A stretch of DNA of 64,000 nt from a bacterium (lineage in GTDB: Bacteria > Patescibacteriota > Minisyncoccia > Phycocordibacterales > UBA9973). The notes beneath the pieces are model-generated. The model was not told the DNA's origin and did not search any database. It saw only the letters and a list, made by a program, of their open reading frames with translations. Below, in pieces: positions 50,401-59,702 of this stretch. Numbering within the stretch: position 1 is the first letter of the stretch; every line of letters begins with the position of its first letter. The stretch is from contig JBAWZD010000001.1 in NCBI GenBank assembly GCA_037143195.1, positions 16,892 through 80,891 of the forward strand. Reading direction: 5' to 3'. Made by a program: the position numbers and the translations under genes.

Positions 50401-53400
50401 GAATAATGCGAGTAACTGGAGTTGTTTACGTGTGCCAACAACGGGCCCAAATAGTGATACGGTAACAATTCCGACTGGAAATACTGTTACTCTCGACACG
50501 AACACACCAGCAACTGGTGGTGCGCTTACCTTACTTACTATTGCGGGGACACTAAAGACAGGATCTGCTGGTGTTGATTACAATATAAATACTACGGCTT
50601 TAACCATAAGTAGTGGAGGTGTTTTGAATGCAACTTCGGCCGCTTCGGGTTCGACGATCATTATTAACGGGAGCGGGACGGGTGCAGGTCGCCCATTTCA
50701 GAATGCCGGAACATTTACGCCCGGAACTTCTACTTTTCAATATGTTACTTCAGGTACTGATATCGAGGCTACTACGTATTATAACCTTACCATCAATGGT
50801 GGATCTGGAAACGACACATTAAATGGCGATACTATTGTTACGAATAATCTTTTGGTGGGAAACGCGAGTAGTGGTGTTGCCTTTTCTACATCAGCAACTT
50901 CCAATTATCGCCTTACTGCAGGACACATCACATTAGGTCCTGTATCTGCGGGCAGTATGACCTTCGCTGCGAATGCCTCAACTATTACCCTTACTGGTGA
51001 TACCTCTTTGCCACTGTTTACCAATAGTGTCGCTGGGGGCAGTACTGCCTTCATTGCTGGAACTTCAACAATTTCTGTTACGAGTGATTATAGCGGTGTA
51101 ACTATTTTTGGAGGATTGGCCACTAACTTTTACAATATCACGTTACAGCCAAACTTTTCCGCTGCTACCTGTGCTTCTGGAACATGTAATTATTCAGTCG
51201 GGGTTTTGCCGACAGTAGCAGCAGCAGGTCTATTTGACGTAAAACCGAACGGATCGGGGCATACGTTAACAGTTGACGTAAATACTATTGCAACGAATTC
51301 AACTTTTGGCGCTTCAGCTACTGTTAAAATAGAAGGCACCGCGGGCGCTTCTGGCGTCCTGACAGGGTCCGGATGCGTGTATACTGCGAGTACGTTGCCA
51401 ACGTTTTATGGGGTGATAACAACTTTGAACGGAGCAAGTGGGTTAGGAACATCGTTTTTAGTTAATTCGTCTGCTGGCATTGTTCCGGGAGAGCCAATAC
51501 AGATTGACTCAGAAGAGATGCTTGTGAATACCGTTGTTGGTTCAACGCTTAATGTTACTCGTGGTTTGAATGGAACCTCGATTGTGAGTCATGCGACTTC
51601 TGCCATAGTTATTGAACCATATCAGCCAATGGGGACGCCGTGTTATACAAAAACAATTGATGTCGAGTCCGGAGGCACGTTTAGCGGATCTTCGACATTT
51701 TTTGAGGTCTCAAATATTTTGGTCGGGAACGGAGGACAATTCAATGCAGGTTCATCCTCATTTATTTATACAGATGGTCTTATTAGTTCGAATCAAATTC
51801 TGATTTCGAGCGGAGGTACATTTAATGCAGGAAGTAGTATTATAAATATAGGTGGAGATAATACGTTACAAAGTACTGGTACTACAAATACTTTTATAAC
51901 GAATAATGGTACATTCACCGCTGGAACTTCAACTGTCTATTTTAATATGGTAAATAATGGTTCGGCAGTTAATCAAATTTACAATGCTGGTTTGTGGACA
52001 GGCAGCAACAAGTTTTATAATCTTGCTCTGAATACGTATGTTCCAGGTACAAATAATTATCAATTGGGAGCTGATACTGAAGTTGCAAATATCGTATCAT
52101 ATGGTAGATGGGGGGCTCGATTAGATACAAATAATTTTAATTTAACTGTTGGGTATGTTGATTTTTGCCATTCTCTCGGACTGGGGGCATTTATTGTTAC
52201 GAATGCTTCGGGCACCAAAAGTGTAACGCTCAACGGTGCATCAGGAACATTGTTTAATAATGTGAATAGTGGTACTGGAGCCTTTGCAAAAACGTGTACT
52301 GGAGCATCTGCTATGACTACGACAACTGCGAATTTCGCAGTAACGAGCAATGCGAGTGTGACTATATTTGGGGTGTCTGCAATTTCATTTACAAATTTAA
52401 CCTTCGCTCCTCCTGCACTGCTAGCTGATGCAACATACACAATGGGTATTGTGCCGACACTCTCAGGTAGTTTAACAAGTAATCCATTGTCGCCGAGTGG
52501 CACCCCAACGCTCTTACTTTCTGGAGCATTAACAATTCCAGCAGCAAAAACGTTCACGGTTTCTGGAGATAGCCACACAAGTACAAAATTGTTGAGTAAT
52601 TATAGTGTGGGGCTCGTCTCAATTGCGTCAACTGGTATTCTTCTGGCAAATACTACAACATTGACGATAACAGGTACATCTGGAACTTTATTTGCAAACA
52701 GTGGAACATTTACGCCTGGGACTTCGACTGTGACGTTTGGTGGAGCGAGTGTAAGCGCAACTTTGGACTCGGGCAACTTTGCTATTAGTGGTACCTCAAC
52801 AAATAACTTTTACAACCTCACGATAACTGGCACAGGTACATTTACCCTTGGTGCGCCAACTGAAGTGACCGGTACTTCTGGTATTTCTCTTCCAGCGAAC
52901 GTAACACTTGATGCTTCGTCTTCGGCATGTTCAGGTTTAAGTTGTAACATTACGGCAGCAACTATTTTTATTACAAGTAATGCTGGTTCAATATTCAACG
53001 CAAGAAATGCAACTATCAAGTTGACTGGTACCGGAACTCCTGCAACACTCTTCACACGCGGTTCCGCAGGAGTGTTTACTGCGGGTACTTCGACGGTCCA
53101 AGTCATGACTCCGTCAGGAGTGGCACGTTTCCTCTCTGGTGCGGGAACGGTATTTTATAACGTGACGATCGGGGATGCCGGAGTCAGTGCCACTGTTGTA
53201 AATGCGGGAGACAACTTCACTATTGCGAGTGGAGGTACATTTTACTTGAAGAATGGCAGTTTTGATCTCGACGGTTCTACAGTTGCTGTGATTACGGCAT
53301 CGTCATCGACGACCATGCGCATGGATTCTGGTACGCTCTTTTGTATTGGAGGTACGACTGGTGCCTCGGCGCTCGCCGATTGTACCGGAGGTGTGGCTTC

Positions 53401-54169
53401 GACTGGTGCACTCGCATCTGCTCCAGCATTCACGACATTTACCTTTGCTTCAGGTTCAACAATCAAATACTTGAATGCTGCAGCCCAGACTGTTTTCACT
53501 GCATTCCCATACGTTAACCTTACGGTTGCACCGATAGTGGCAGCAGCTACGACATATGCAATGACGGCTGCATCGATGACGGTGAACGGCAATCTTACGG
53601 TCAATCCGACAGGATCTGCGTTTGCGTTTGTGTGGAATATGTCTGGTTCGATTGCGATTACCCCGCAGGATGGTACGACAAGCGCAGTAAACGAAATGCT
53701 GATTAAAAAATCAGGCTCAGTCACATCTGTTACGGTAAACACGAACAATAATACAATTACGACAGGTACGATGGATATCGAGTCGGGCGCGACACTTAGC
53801 GCTGGTTCGTCCAATATTACAGTGCCGGGCAACTGGATTTGTAACGGGACGTTCACTTCAGGTACTTCAAGCGTTCTCTTGAGTAACACGATCACCACAC
53901 TTCCATCATCAACACTCACTACCGTTGGGGGAATCAACAGTGCCGTTCTCTCATTTTCTGTCGCATCCGGGACCGGCATTGTCGCGGGGGAAACGATTCA
54001 GATTGATAACGAAATGATGCAGGTGACAGCAGTCAGTGGAACGACAGTTACCGTCGCGGCTCGTGGAGCAAACGGCACGGCAGCTATCAGTCACTCAGCC
54101 GGAGCGACGGTGCTAGTCATTGTCGGCGTTGTATCAGGAACAACGTCATTCGCAAACTTGATCATCTAA
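47468..54169 (+). CDS. Giant (2233 aa) secreted surface protein: Pro/Thr linkers, Ig/MG2-like domains, long beta-solenoid
   Basis: Hydrophobic signal near aa 50-71; recurring GTFT(A/P)GTSTV and FYNLT units. Confidence 0.85.
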   Translation: MDWLSDFASRIQEKLDKYTREFFVVTTHFLNRITKRLGSSFTFTKEKTRISVIGLVVVLVTSSIIFAPHSSATVSDFYPGTCSGGWLNPQNATGLPSLDGVQPANSYTEKNSAVLNNSHSDIVCNNFAGNIPSGTNPKTFTVKFHWSIDDGSVAHDGVSTPTPATTTDVISAPATTSQSPSDTTTATQTPTDTKTTTDTTIPASTITTPTPTPTSDTTTTPPATPVITPDATPVVPATPVLTAPTTSSDTQPAADTTIPTTTPAATTATTDQPKTVASAFKKTLATLDALVTDALSAGDTTMFHSPSDMFVVRYSVDGTNWNDIGTVNAANWQTATFTISGPDIAGWSDLSKLHVGLFSLSPDGTQPVVYIDAVEVDVDYADASTSVIVPTVKVVDPSISIVAPQKDNFTLDEAPVFSITNPNLSTAQILHLVQNDKAVVVDDHLGVFSETAPKTIPTQPPTSQTDTGPTSSTLTAPAQSPSDTTTATQTPTDTKATADTKVPTDTKTTTDTTIPASTITTPEPTPTPTPTSDTTTTPPATPVITPDATPVVPATPVLTAPSETTSAQTVTPAPVSAPVQPVSDLNSAISTSTADSSNLGAFAVGALGSDITGVQAFQKVDFKHLFANTVLRYYSMMRQVFRMSFANALLALAGDTASSPIDAVVLDASGNQTTIAVTVQHVVVNGVGQDQVVVSKPDNMFRPGKYTLQVTLHTPDVNIISEQDFSWGVLAINVDRSVYHAGDTAYVQMGVIDDFGHTICDADMTLVITSPFGVDQTYTTSDGTVVREPQCGPDNYIHVPDYYAHPHIGSEEGVYHMTLTANTRNGIRTVHDAFTVSSDIPFDVVRSGPTRVYPADKYPAEMQITSPVDWQGTIVDTLPSSFEVSALDGVALYDTVTTTGDTTTVTWNVSLVAGKTTTIGYSFLPPPISPEFYLLGPLTFYNKGDDSTTAIPVFKEMRRWQIADDSSCTYIGPAIGFWNNASNWSCLRVPTTGPNSDTVTIPTGNTVTLDTNTPATGGALTLLTIAGTLKTGSAGVDYNINTTALTISSGGVLNATSAASGSTIIINGSGTGAGRPFQNAGTFTPGTSTFQYVTSGTDIEATTYYNLTINGGSGNDTLNGDTIVTNNLLVGNASSGVAFSTSATSNYRLTAGHITLGPVSAGSMTFAANASTITLTGDTSLPLFTNSVAGGSTAFIAGTSTISVTSDYSGVTIFGGLATNFYNITLQPNFSAATCASGTCNYSVGVLPTVAAAGLFDVKPNGSGHTLTVDVNTIATNSTFGASATVKIEGTAGASGVLTGSGCVYTASTLPTFYGVITTLNGASGLGTSFLVNSSAGIVPGEPIQIDSEEMLVNTVVGSTLNVTRGLNGTSIVSHATSAIVIEPYQPMGTPCYTKTIDVESGGTFSGSSTFFEVSNILVGNGGQFNAGSSSFIYTDGLISSNQILISSGGTFNAGSSIINIGGDNTLQSTGTTNTFITNNGTFTAGTSTVYFNMVNNGSAVNQIYNAGLWTGSNKFYNLALNTYVPGTNNYQLGADTEVANIVSYGRWGARLDTNNFNLTVGYVDFCHSLGLGAFIVTNASGTKSVTLNGASGTLFNNVNSGTGAFAKTCTGASAMTTTTANFAVTSNASVTIFGVSAISFTNLTFAPPALLADATYTMGIVPTLSGSLTSNPLSPSGTPTLLLSGALTIPAAKTFTVSGDSHTSTKLLSNYSVGLVSIASTGILLANTTTLTITGTSGTLFANSGTFTPGTSTVTFGGASVSATLDSGNFAISGTSTNNFYNLTITGTGTFTLGAPTEVTGTSGISLPANVTLDASSSACSGLSCNITAATIFITSNAGSIFNARNATIKLTGTGTPATLFTRGSAGVFTAGTSTVQVMTPSGVARFLSGAGTVFYNVTIGDAGVSATVVNAGDNFTIASGGTFYLKNGSFDLDGSTVAVITASSSTTMRMDSGTLFCIGGTTGASALADCTGGVASTGALASAPAFTTFTFASGSTIKYLNAAAQTVFTAFPYVNLTVAPIVAAATTYAMTAASMTVNGNLTVNPTGSAFAFVWNMSGSIAITPQDGTTSAVNEMLIKKSGSVTSVTVNTNNNTITTGTMDIESGATLSAGSSNITVPGNWICNGTFTSGTSSVLLSNTITTLPSSTLTTVGGINSAVLSFSVASGTGIVAGETIQIDNEMMQVTAVSGTTVTVAARGANGTAAISHSAGATVLVIVGVVSGTTSFANLII
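47999..48200 (+). repeat. Direct repeat, copy 1 (Pro/Thr linker)
   Basis: Nearly identical to 48902-49151. Confidence 0.95.
48902..49151 (+). repeat. Direct repeat, copy 2 (with in-frame expansions)
   Basis: Same DNA as copy 1 plus extra TDTK-type and PT units. Confidence 0.95.
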
Positions 54170-54197
54170 AAGTATGGTACTATTTTCACACACATCT

Positions 54198-56114
54198 ATG
54201 TTTGGAAAAAAAATACAAAAAATTACTTTTTCAATCATCATTCTCTCCTTGTTGCTTGGGTTTTTTCCGAGTGACACATACGCGCTCGTTGCACTTTGGA
54301 CTGCGTCGCCAATTGCTACATCTACGGGAACAAAGACTGCTATTGCAACATCGGCAGATGGAACAAAACTTCTTGCGGGAGAAGGAGGTGGAACGAACGG
54401 AAAATTGTGGCTCTCGACGAACAGCGGTGTTTCGTGGACAGCACTGAGTACTGCGAGTTCGGGAATGGCGAATGGCAACTGGTTTGCGACTGCTATTTCT
54501 AACGATGGCCGAACAATGGCCGCTATTGATACAAATTCCGAAGGTACAACAATTGGACACGTTTGGACCTCTGTTGATGGAGGGACGACCATGGTAAAAC
54601 AAAATGGTACGAATGCCCCGTACGCTGCTCTGCTCGGCTTGGCTATGGCTGTAAGTGGATCCACAATCACAATAGTTGCGAGTGGAAGTAACGCTGATTA
54701 TTTATACACAGGGACTTGTTCAACCTCGTGCGGACTTACAACGAACTGGACTTGGACCAAATTAACATCTGCTGGTTCGGGAACATGGCGTGGAGTAACG
54801 ATAGATTCGACAGGGACAAAAATAGCAGGTGTTTTGAACGGTGGGTATATCTGGACAGGTACGTATAGCGGTTCGTGGACGATGACTCAACAAACCGGAG
54901 CCGGTTCACATACGTGGCTTGGAATTGCTTCGTCGCAAGATGGGAGCAGACTTGCTGCGACTATGAGTGGTGGCGATATTTGGACAGCGCAAGCACTCGG
55001 TACAGGCGCCTGTACTAGTAGTGCTACAGGGTATTGTTGGACTGACCAAACAGGATCAGGATCGAGCGCTTGGTACCAAATTGCGTCGTCAGCTGATGGT
55101 ACCAAGTTGCTTGCAGCTTCTTCGTTCTCAGGATCATCAAGTGTGTATGTCTCAAGTGATAGCGGGGTAACATGGGTTGCGCAACCTTCTGCGGGTAGTC
55201 GACCATGGCGCCAACTTGCGATGTCGTCTACTGGTCAATATATGTATGGTGCGGATTTGAACACATCAACAAACGGGATGATCGTTTCAGGGTACTCTCC
55301 GCAATTTTCTAAGCTAGTCCAATTTAGTGGAAGTGTTACTACTTCAAACTCATTTTCGGTAACTGGATACAGTGGAGGACTCATCAAACTTTATTCAACC
55401 AAGCCTGGTACTACGTGGTCGCTTACTCCCGCATTGACGGCGAATAATTCTGTTTCTTTTGCTGATGTGCAAGACAGTAGTTGCTCGGGCGCATCGAGCA
55501 CGAAAGTGATCAATGCGGCTTCGAGTACAGACGATGGACGCAATTCGTTGATTGGTACCGGCGGATGTTGGAATTTCACTCAGCCATATTTGAACTTTTC
55601 AATTTCAGCGACGGCGGTAGATTTTGGAGCTCTCCCAATCGGCACTGCTCGGTATGCAACTGGGAACGCACTTTTGGGAGGATCTCCCACCGATGTTGCC
55701 GCTCATCAGATTACAATTGCCACAAGTGGATCGGGTGGTTTCAATTTGTATGCGCAAGGACCATCGCTTACTTCTAGTACCCACACAATGCATTCGATTG
55801 GCGGAGTAAATACAAACATTTCCTCGTTTACGCCGACAACAGAAGAATTCGGAATTCGTCTTGTGAGAACGTCGGGGCCGGGTACTGTTGCAGGCGATAC
55901 ATTGCTCGTTCCGCCAACTGCGTATGATTATGGTGGAAATGGGTCAGGATATACTTATAACGGAGATGTTACAACTCCTGTTATCGCGACATATCGCGGA
56001 AGTTTGTTGACGACGACGGTATATGACGTACATTATGTTGCCTACGCGGTGGGTACGACGCCGTTGGGGAATTATTCGACCAATATTACCTATCTTGCAG
56101 TCGGAAACTTTTAG
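54198..56114 (+). CDS. Secreted beta-propeller protein with solenoid cap and C-terminal WxL/pilin-like domain (candidate tip adhesin)
   Basis: Signal ending DTYA; W..IA.S.DG.KL and S.DSG.TW (Asp-box) repeats; ends GNYSTNITYLAVGNF. Confidence 0.8.
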   Translation: MFGKKIQKITFSIIILSLLLGFFPSDTYALVALWTASPIATSTGTKTAIATSADGTKLLAGEGGGTNGKLWLSTNSGVSWTALSTASSGMANGNWFATAISNDGRTMAAIDTNSEGTTIGHVWTSVDGGTTMVKQNGTNAPYAALLGLAMAVSGSTITIVASGSNADYLYTGTCSTSCGLTTNWTWTKLTSAGSGTWRGVTIDSTGTKIAGVLNGGYIWTGTYSGSWTMTQQTGAGSHTWLGIASSQDGSRLAATMSGGDIWTAQALGTGACTSSATGYCWTDQTGSGSSAWYQIASSADGTKLLAASSFSGSSSVYVSSDSGVTWVAQPSAGSRPWRQLAMSSTGQYMYGADLNTSTNGMIVSGYSPQFSKLVQFSGSVTTSNSFSVTGYSGGLIKLYSTKPGTTWSLTPALTANNSVSFADVQDSSCSGASSTKVINAASSTDDGRNSLIGTGGCWNFTQPYLNFSISATAVDFGALPIGTARYATGNALLGGSPTDVAAHQITIATSGSGGFNLYAQGPSLTSSTHTMHSIGGVNTNISSFTPTTEEFGIRLVRTSGPGTVAGDTLLVPPTAYDYGGNGSGYTYNGDVTTPVIATYRGSLLTTTVYDVHYVAYAVGTTPLGNYSTNITYLAVGNF

Positions 56115-56149
56115 GTATGACGCACAATGTTGCATTTTTTTGGGAGAAT

Positions 56150-56160
56150 TGTGCTATAAT
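56150..56160 (+). promoter_or_regulatory. Consensus extended -10 promoter
   Basis: TGTGCTATAAT 17 nt before ATG 56178. Confidence 0.65.
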
Positions 56161-56177
56161 AACTGCGTAAAATTAAT

Positions 56178-57332
56178 ATGAAAAAAAATAGTATGATTAA
56201 GAATAAATTTTTGCGATTTTTGTCGCCACTCATGTCGTTCGTGCTTGTTCTTGCAACGGCAGGGTTGTTCAATGTCTCTATAGTGAGAGCTGCCTCTTTG
56301 ACTCTCTTGTCAGATACCCTTACGGATGAGACGACGGGGGCTCCGACAAATAATGATATTCTTTTTACGACAAGTTCTACCATTCCTACCAATGGCACAA
56401 TCACACTTTCATTTAGTGCCGGTAGCGTTACTTCAGGAATCACAACTTCGGATGTGTTTTTGTCAGTAGGTGGTGGCGCAAACGTTGCGCAAGTCGGATC
56501 TGCTACTTCATCTCTGTGGGGATTCGCTCGAACAAGTGCAACTCTCATTACGATTACAGCGCCAACAAGTGGCTCAACTTCTGCGAGTGCAATCGAAATT
56601 AAACTTTTGAACAATAAATTTACGAATGGTGCTGCTGGAACGACTTTGTTGACTATCACTACGACAAACGCAGCATTTGCAACTTTGGATACTGGGGTGA
56701 TAGCGATTCCAATTTTGTCACCAACCACAACAGGTGATCAGGTTGCAGTTACAGCTACAGTGAATCCTACGATTAGTTTTTCACTTGATTCAAACTCAGT
56801 TGATTTCGGACCTCTGACACCTGGTACGGGCAAGTGGGCAACATCACCATCAGGATCTGGAGGCTCAGGAAGTGATGTCGCGGCTACGAACATGACGATT
56901 TCGACGAATGCTGCACATGGGTACACGCTTACATATACTGCGGCCGCTCCACTTACTTCAGGATCAAATACGATTCCAGCGACAACGCTTTGTAATACAC
57001 TGACGACGACAGGAGGCACATCAACATCGCAGTTTGCGATGAGTGAGGTAGTTACTGGTTCTGGAACACCGGTAACTAGTTACAACCATGCGAATGCATC
57101 AGCCACAACTCTTTCGGGAAGTAGCGGTACGTCAGGAGCAACTTGTACCGGTACAGGAGGAACTCGTCCGAATTGGAACTTTGTTTCGGGTACAACGACG
57201 CCGATAGTCACAGCTACATCTGCTGTTGCGGGTGATACGGTAGCGATGCACTATATGGCAAACGTATCCGGCACTCAGGCCCCAGGTACCTATAACCTTA
57301 CTATCACTTATCTTTTAACGGGTAATTTTTAA
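56178..57332 (+). CDS. Secreted two-domain protein with WxL/class-5-pilin-like C-terminal domain (candidate shaft subunit)
   Basis: Signal ending VRA; DQVAVTATVNPTISFSL; ends PGTYNLTITYLLTGNF. Confidence 0.78.
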   Translation: MKKNSMIKNKFLRFLSPLMSFVLVLATAGLFNVSIVRAASLTLLSDTLTDETTGAPTNNDILFTTSSTIPTNGTITLSFSAGSVTSGITTSDVFLSVGGGANVAQVGSATSSLWGFARTSATLITITAPTSGSTSASAIEIKLLNNKFTNGAAGTTLLTITTTNAAFATLDTGVIAIPILSPTTTGDQVAVTATVNPTISFSLDSNSVDFGPLTPGTGKWATSPSGSGGSGSDVAATNMTISTNAAHGYTLTYTAAAPLTSGSNTIPATTLCNTLTTTGGTSTSQFAMSEVVTGSGTPVTSYNHANASATTLSGSSGTSGATCTGTGGTRPNWNFVSGTTTPIVTATSAVAGDTVAMHYMANVSGTQAPGTYNLTITYLLTGNF

Positions 57333-57337
57333 TTCTT

Positions 57338-58399
57338 ATGAAAATAAAGACACTCCAAGGTGTGATGTTTGCTGTGTTGCTTGCGTTTGGTTTTGTATCT
57401 CCACAAATAACTCACGCGCTTACCATAACTCCTTCACGCCTTGAATTGAGTGGAGATCCGGGTACGACTGTCACTGAAAAAATGACAGTGGTCAACGATC
57501 AAAACGTTCTTGGAACATACTATTCTTCCTACGCGAACTTCGAAGCCGAGGGGGATACAGGAACCCCAGCGCTTGTTGAAGCCAAAGATGATCTTGGGAC
57601 GTGGATGAGTACTCCAGATTCTATTGTGGTAGCACCAGGTGGATCAAAGGAAGTTGTAATAAAAATTGCAATTCCTAAGAATGCTACACCGGGAGGTCAC
57701 TTCGCGGCCATTTTTTGGGGAACTCAGCCAACAAAGAATGCAAATAAAAATATAGGTATTGGTGCAAAGACTGGCATGCTCGTTTTGCTCACTGTAAATG
57801 GAAATATTCCAGAGCAGGGAGGTGTGACCGAGTTTGATACCATCGGAAGCACTCATTACTTCAACGCACTGCCGATTCCTTTTTACTACCGTTTCCAAAA
57901 TGGAGGAGGTGATCGCATCAATCCAAGTGGTGACATTCTTATGAAGGATATGCTTGGGCTTACAGGAGCAAAAGTTCCTGGTAATCCAGTTGATGGAAAT
58001 ATTCTTCCACTCAGTACTCGCAAATTTACAACAACATGGTCAGGTGGTGCAGGGGAAGAAGGTAAGCTTCCAAAAGGATTCTTTGCCGCTGCAAATTATG
58101 AGTTACACAACTTTGCACTTGGACGTTACACTGCTCACCTCAAACTCACATATGGCTCGAAGGGGGTAGTGACTGATTCAGTCGTTCATTTTGTTGTGTG
58201 GCCATGGCATCTCGTCGTGTTTGTTCTCATCCTCGCATTTGTTATCTTCCTCGTTGTTCGCTACGCAGTACTCCATGGAGAAAAATGGGTAGTCAACAAA
58301 GCTGAGAAAATGCTTGAGAAAGACGAAGAAGCAAAAATCGAAGAACGAGTTGAAGAAAAATTGAAAGAAATCGAAAAGGAGAAAGAAACAAAGCAGTAA
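57338..58399 (+). CDS. DUF916/WxL-interacting, pilus-chaperone-like protein with C-terminal TM
   Basis: Signal; LTITPSRLEL; I.IPKNATPGGHFAAI; FQNGG.RINP.G; GRYTA.L.L.YG; WPW-TM; charged tail. Confidence 0.75.
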   Translation: MKIKTLQGVMFAVLLAFGFVSPQITHALTITPSRLELSGDPGTTVTEKMTVVNDQNVLGTYYSSYANFEAEGDTGTPALVEAKDDLGTWMSTPDSIVVAPGGSKEVVIKIAIPKNATPGGHFAAIFWGTQPTKNANKNIGIGAKTGMLVLLTVNGNIPEQGGVTEFDTIGSTHYFNALPIPFYYRFQNGGGDRINPSGDILMKDMLGLTGAKVPGNPVDGNILPLSTRKFTTTWSGGAGEEGKLPKGFFAAANYELHNFALGRYTAHLKLTYGSKGVVTDSVVHFVVWPWHLVVFVLILAFVIFLVVRYAVLHGEKWVVNKAEKMLEKDEEAKIEERVEEKLKEIEKEKETKQ

Positions 58400-58439
58400 A
58401 AACCAAAACCGCCACCCGATAGGGTGGCGGTTTTGGTTT
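58400..58439 (+). terminator. Intrinsic terminator
   Basis: AAACCAAAACCGCCACCC-GATA-GGGTGGCGGTTTTGGTTT. Confidence 0.85.
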
Positions 58440-58462
58440 GAATGCGTTAAAATATATCTGTT

Positions 58463-59698
58463 GTGAAGCACTCAATTTTCCCAAAAAAAATCAGACGAGC
58501 GTTTAGTATTCTTTTTGTCTGTACGTTTGTGCTTGGATTACTTCCTCAAACTTCTTTTGCTACTCCATCACCAATTTCAGATGGCGTTACGATTTCTGCT
58601 CAGGTCGTAAGTGTCGGTTCAGTTGTTCCTCCGACGGTCACTACAGATCATCCATTGGTGACTGTGAGCGACAACGGGGCGACGTTGCTCGGAACACTCT
58701 CCGACGGTGGAGATTCTGCTGTGACAACCGAAGGATTTGAATATGGACTCGCGTCGCCTTCATATGGAACGACAACGACTTCAACATCAGTTGGTTTTGG
58801 TAATGGACAATTCAACGCGATCATAACGGGTCTCGTATGTGGCACGACGTATCACTATCGTGCGTATGCAGAAAACGGTGCCGGTCGTGCATACGGAACA
58901 GACCAAACATTTACAACGAATGATTGTTCTGTGAATGTACTTCCAGTCACTTCCCCGGGGAATGGAGGAATACTTACTGCGTCGGCGGTAAACTTTTCTG
59001 GCTTTGCATACCCAGGAGCGACAGTGACAATCCTGCGTGACGGCGTAATTGTTTCAAATGTTCTTGCGGATTCATCCGGAGCGTTTCTGTCGCCGGTGTC
59101 GGGAATTCAAGCAGGTTCATATGTTTTTTCTATCTATGCAAAAGATCAGAATGGTGTTGTGTCAGCGTCCACGACATTTCCATTTGTCTTGAATGGAAAA
59201 TCAGTCGTGAATATTACCAACATATTGGTTGCTCCGACAATATCAGCAGACAAGACGATTGTGCAGTCAGGCGACACACTCACTGTTTCCGGTTTCGCTA
59301 CTCCGTACGCAAAAGTTGCAATCACGAGTAAACAATTGACCACCGTGTACGACGCTATCGCTGATGCTGGTGGCCGATATCAATATCAGATTGATGCATC
59401 AGCGCTCGCAACTGGTGCCTACACCATGCACGCCATTGATATTGTTGCGGGGCAGAGTAGTCCTATCAGTAAAGGTATTCTCTTTTTGATGGGCCTCTCG
59501 ACGACCAAAGTAAAAGAGACCAATCTCGGATGCGCAGGCGGTGATTTAAATGGAGATGGCAAAGTGGACATCATCGATTATTCAATCATGAAATATTGGT
59601 ACAAAAAACCAAATCCACCAGCATGTGTTGATCTCTCTGGCGATGGAGCGATCAACTTGAAAGATTTTAGTATCCTCGCTTCTGATTGGACAGGATAA
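58463..59698 (+). CDS. Secreted FN3 + Ig-like protein with C-terminal dockerin
   Basis: Signal ending SFA; GTTYHYRAYAEN..G; GDLNGDGKVDIIDYS and DLSGDGAINLKDFS duplicated Ca-binding loops. Confidence 0.85.
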   Translation: MKHSIFPKKIRRAFSILFVCTFVLGLLPQTSFATPSPISDGVTISAQVVSVGSVVPPTVTTDHPLVTVSDNGATLLGTLSDGGDSAVTTEGFEYGLASPSYGTTTTSTSVGFGNGQFNAIITGLVCGTTYHYRAYAENGAGRAYGTDQTFTTNDCSVNVLPVTSPGNGGILTASAVNFSGFAYPGATVTILRDGVIVSNVLADSSGAFLSPVSGIQAGSYVFSIYAKDQNGVVSASTTFPFVLNGKSVVNITNILVAPTISADKTIVQSGDTLTVSGFATPYAKVAITSKQLTTVYDAIADAGGRYQYQIDASALATGAYTMHAIDIVAGQSSPISKGILFLMGLSTTKVKETNLGCAGGDLNGDGKVDIIDYSIMKYWYKKPNPPACVDLSGDGAINLKDFSILASDWTG

Positions 59699-59702
59699 TT
59701 GT

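Noticed and set aside
47468-54169. Classical autotransporter or two-partner secretion
   Set aside because: No C-terminal beta-barrel and no TpsB partner in the locus.
54160-54200. Frameshift or readthrough fusing the giant gene to the next gene
   Set aside because: The downstream gene has its own -10-like box and a complete signal peptide, and I see no slippery site.
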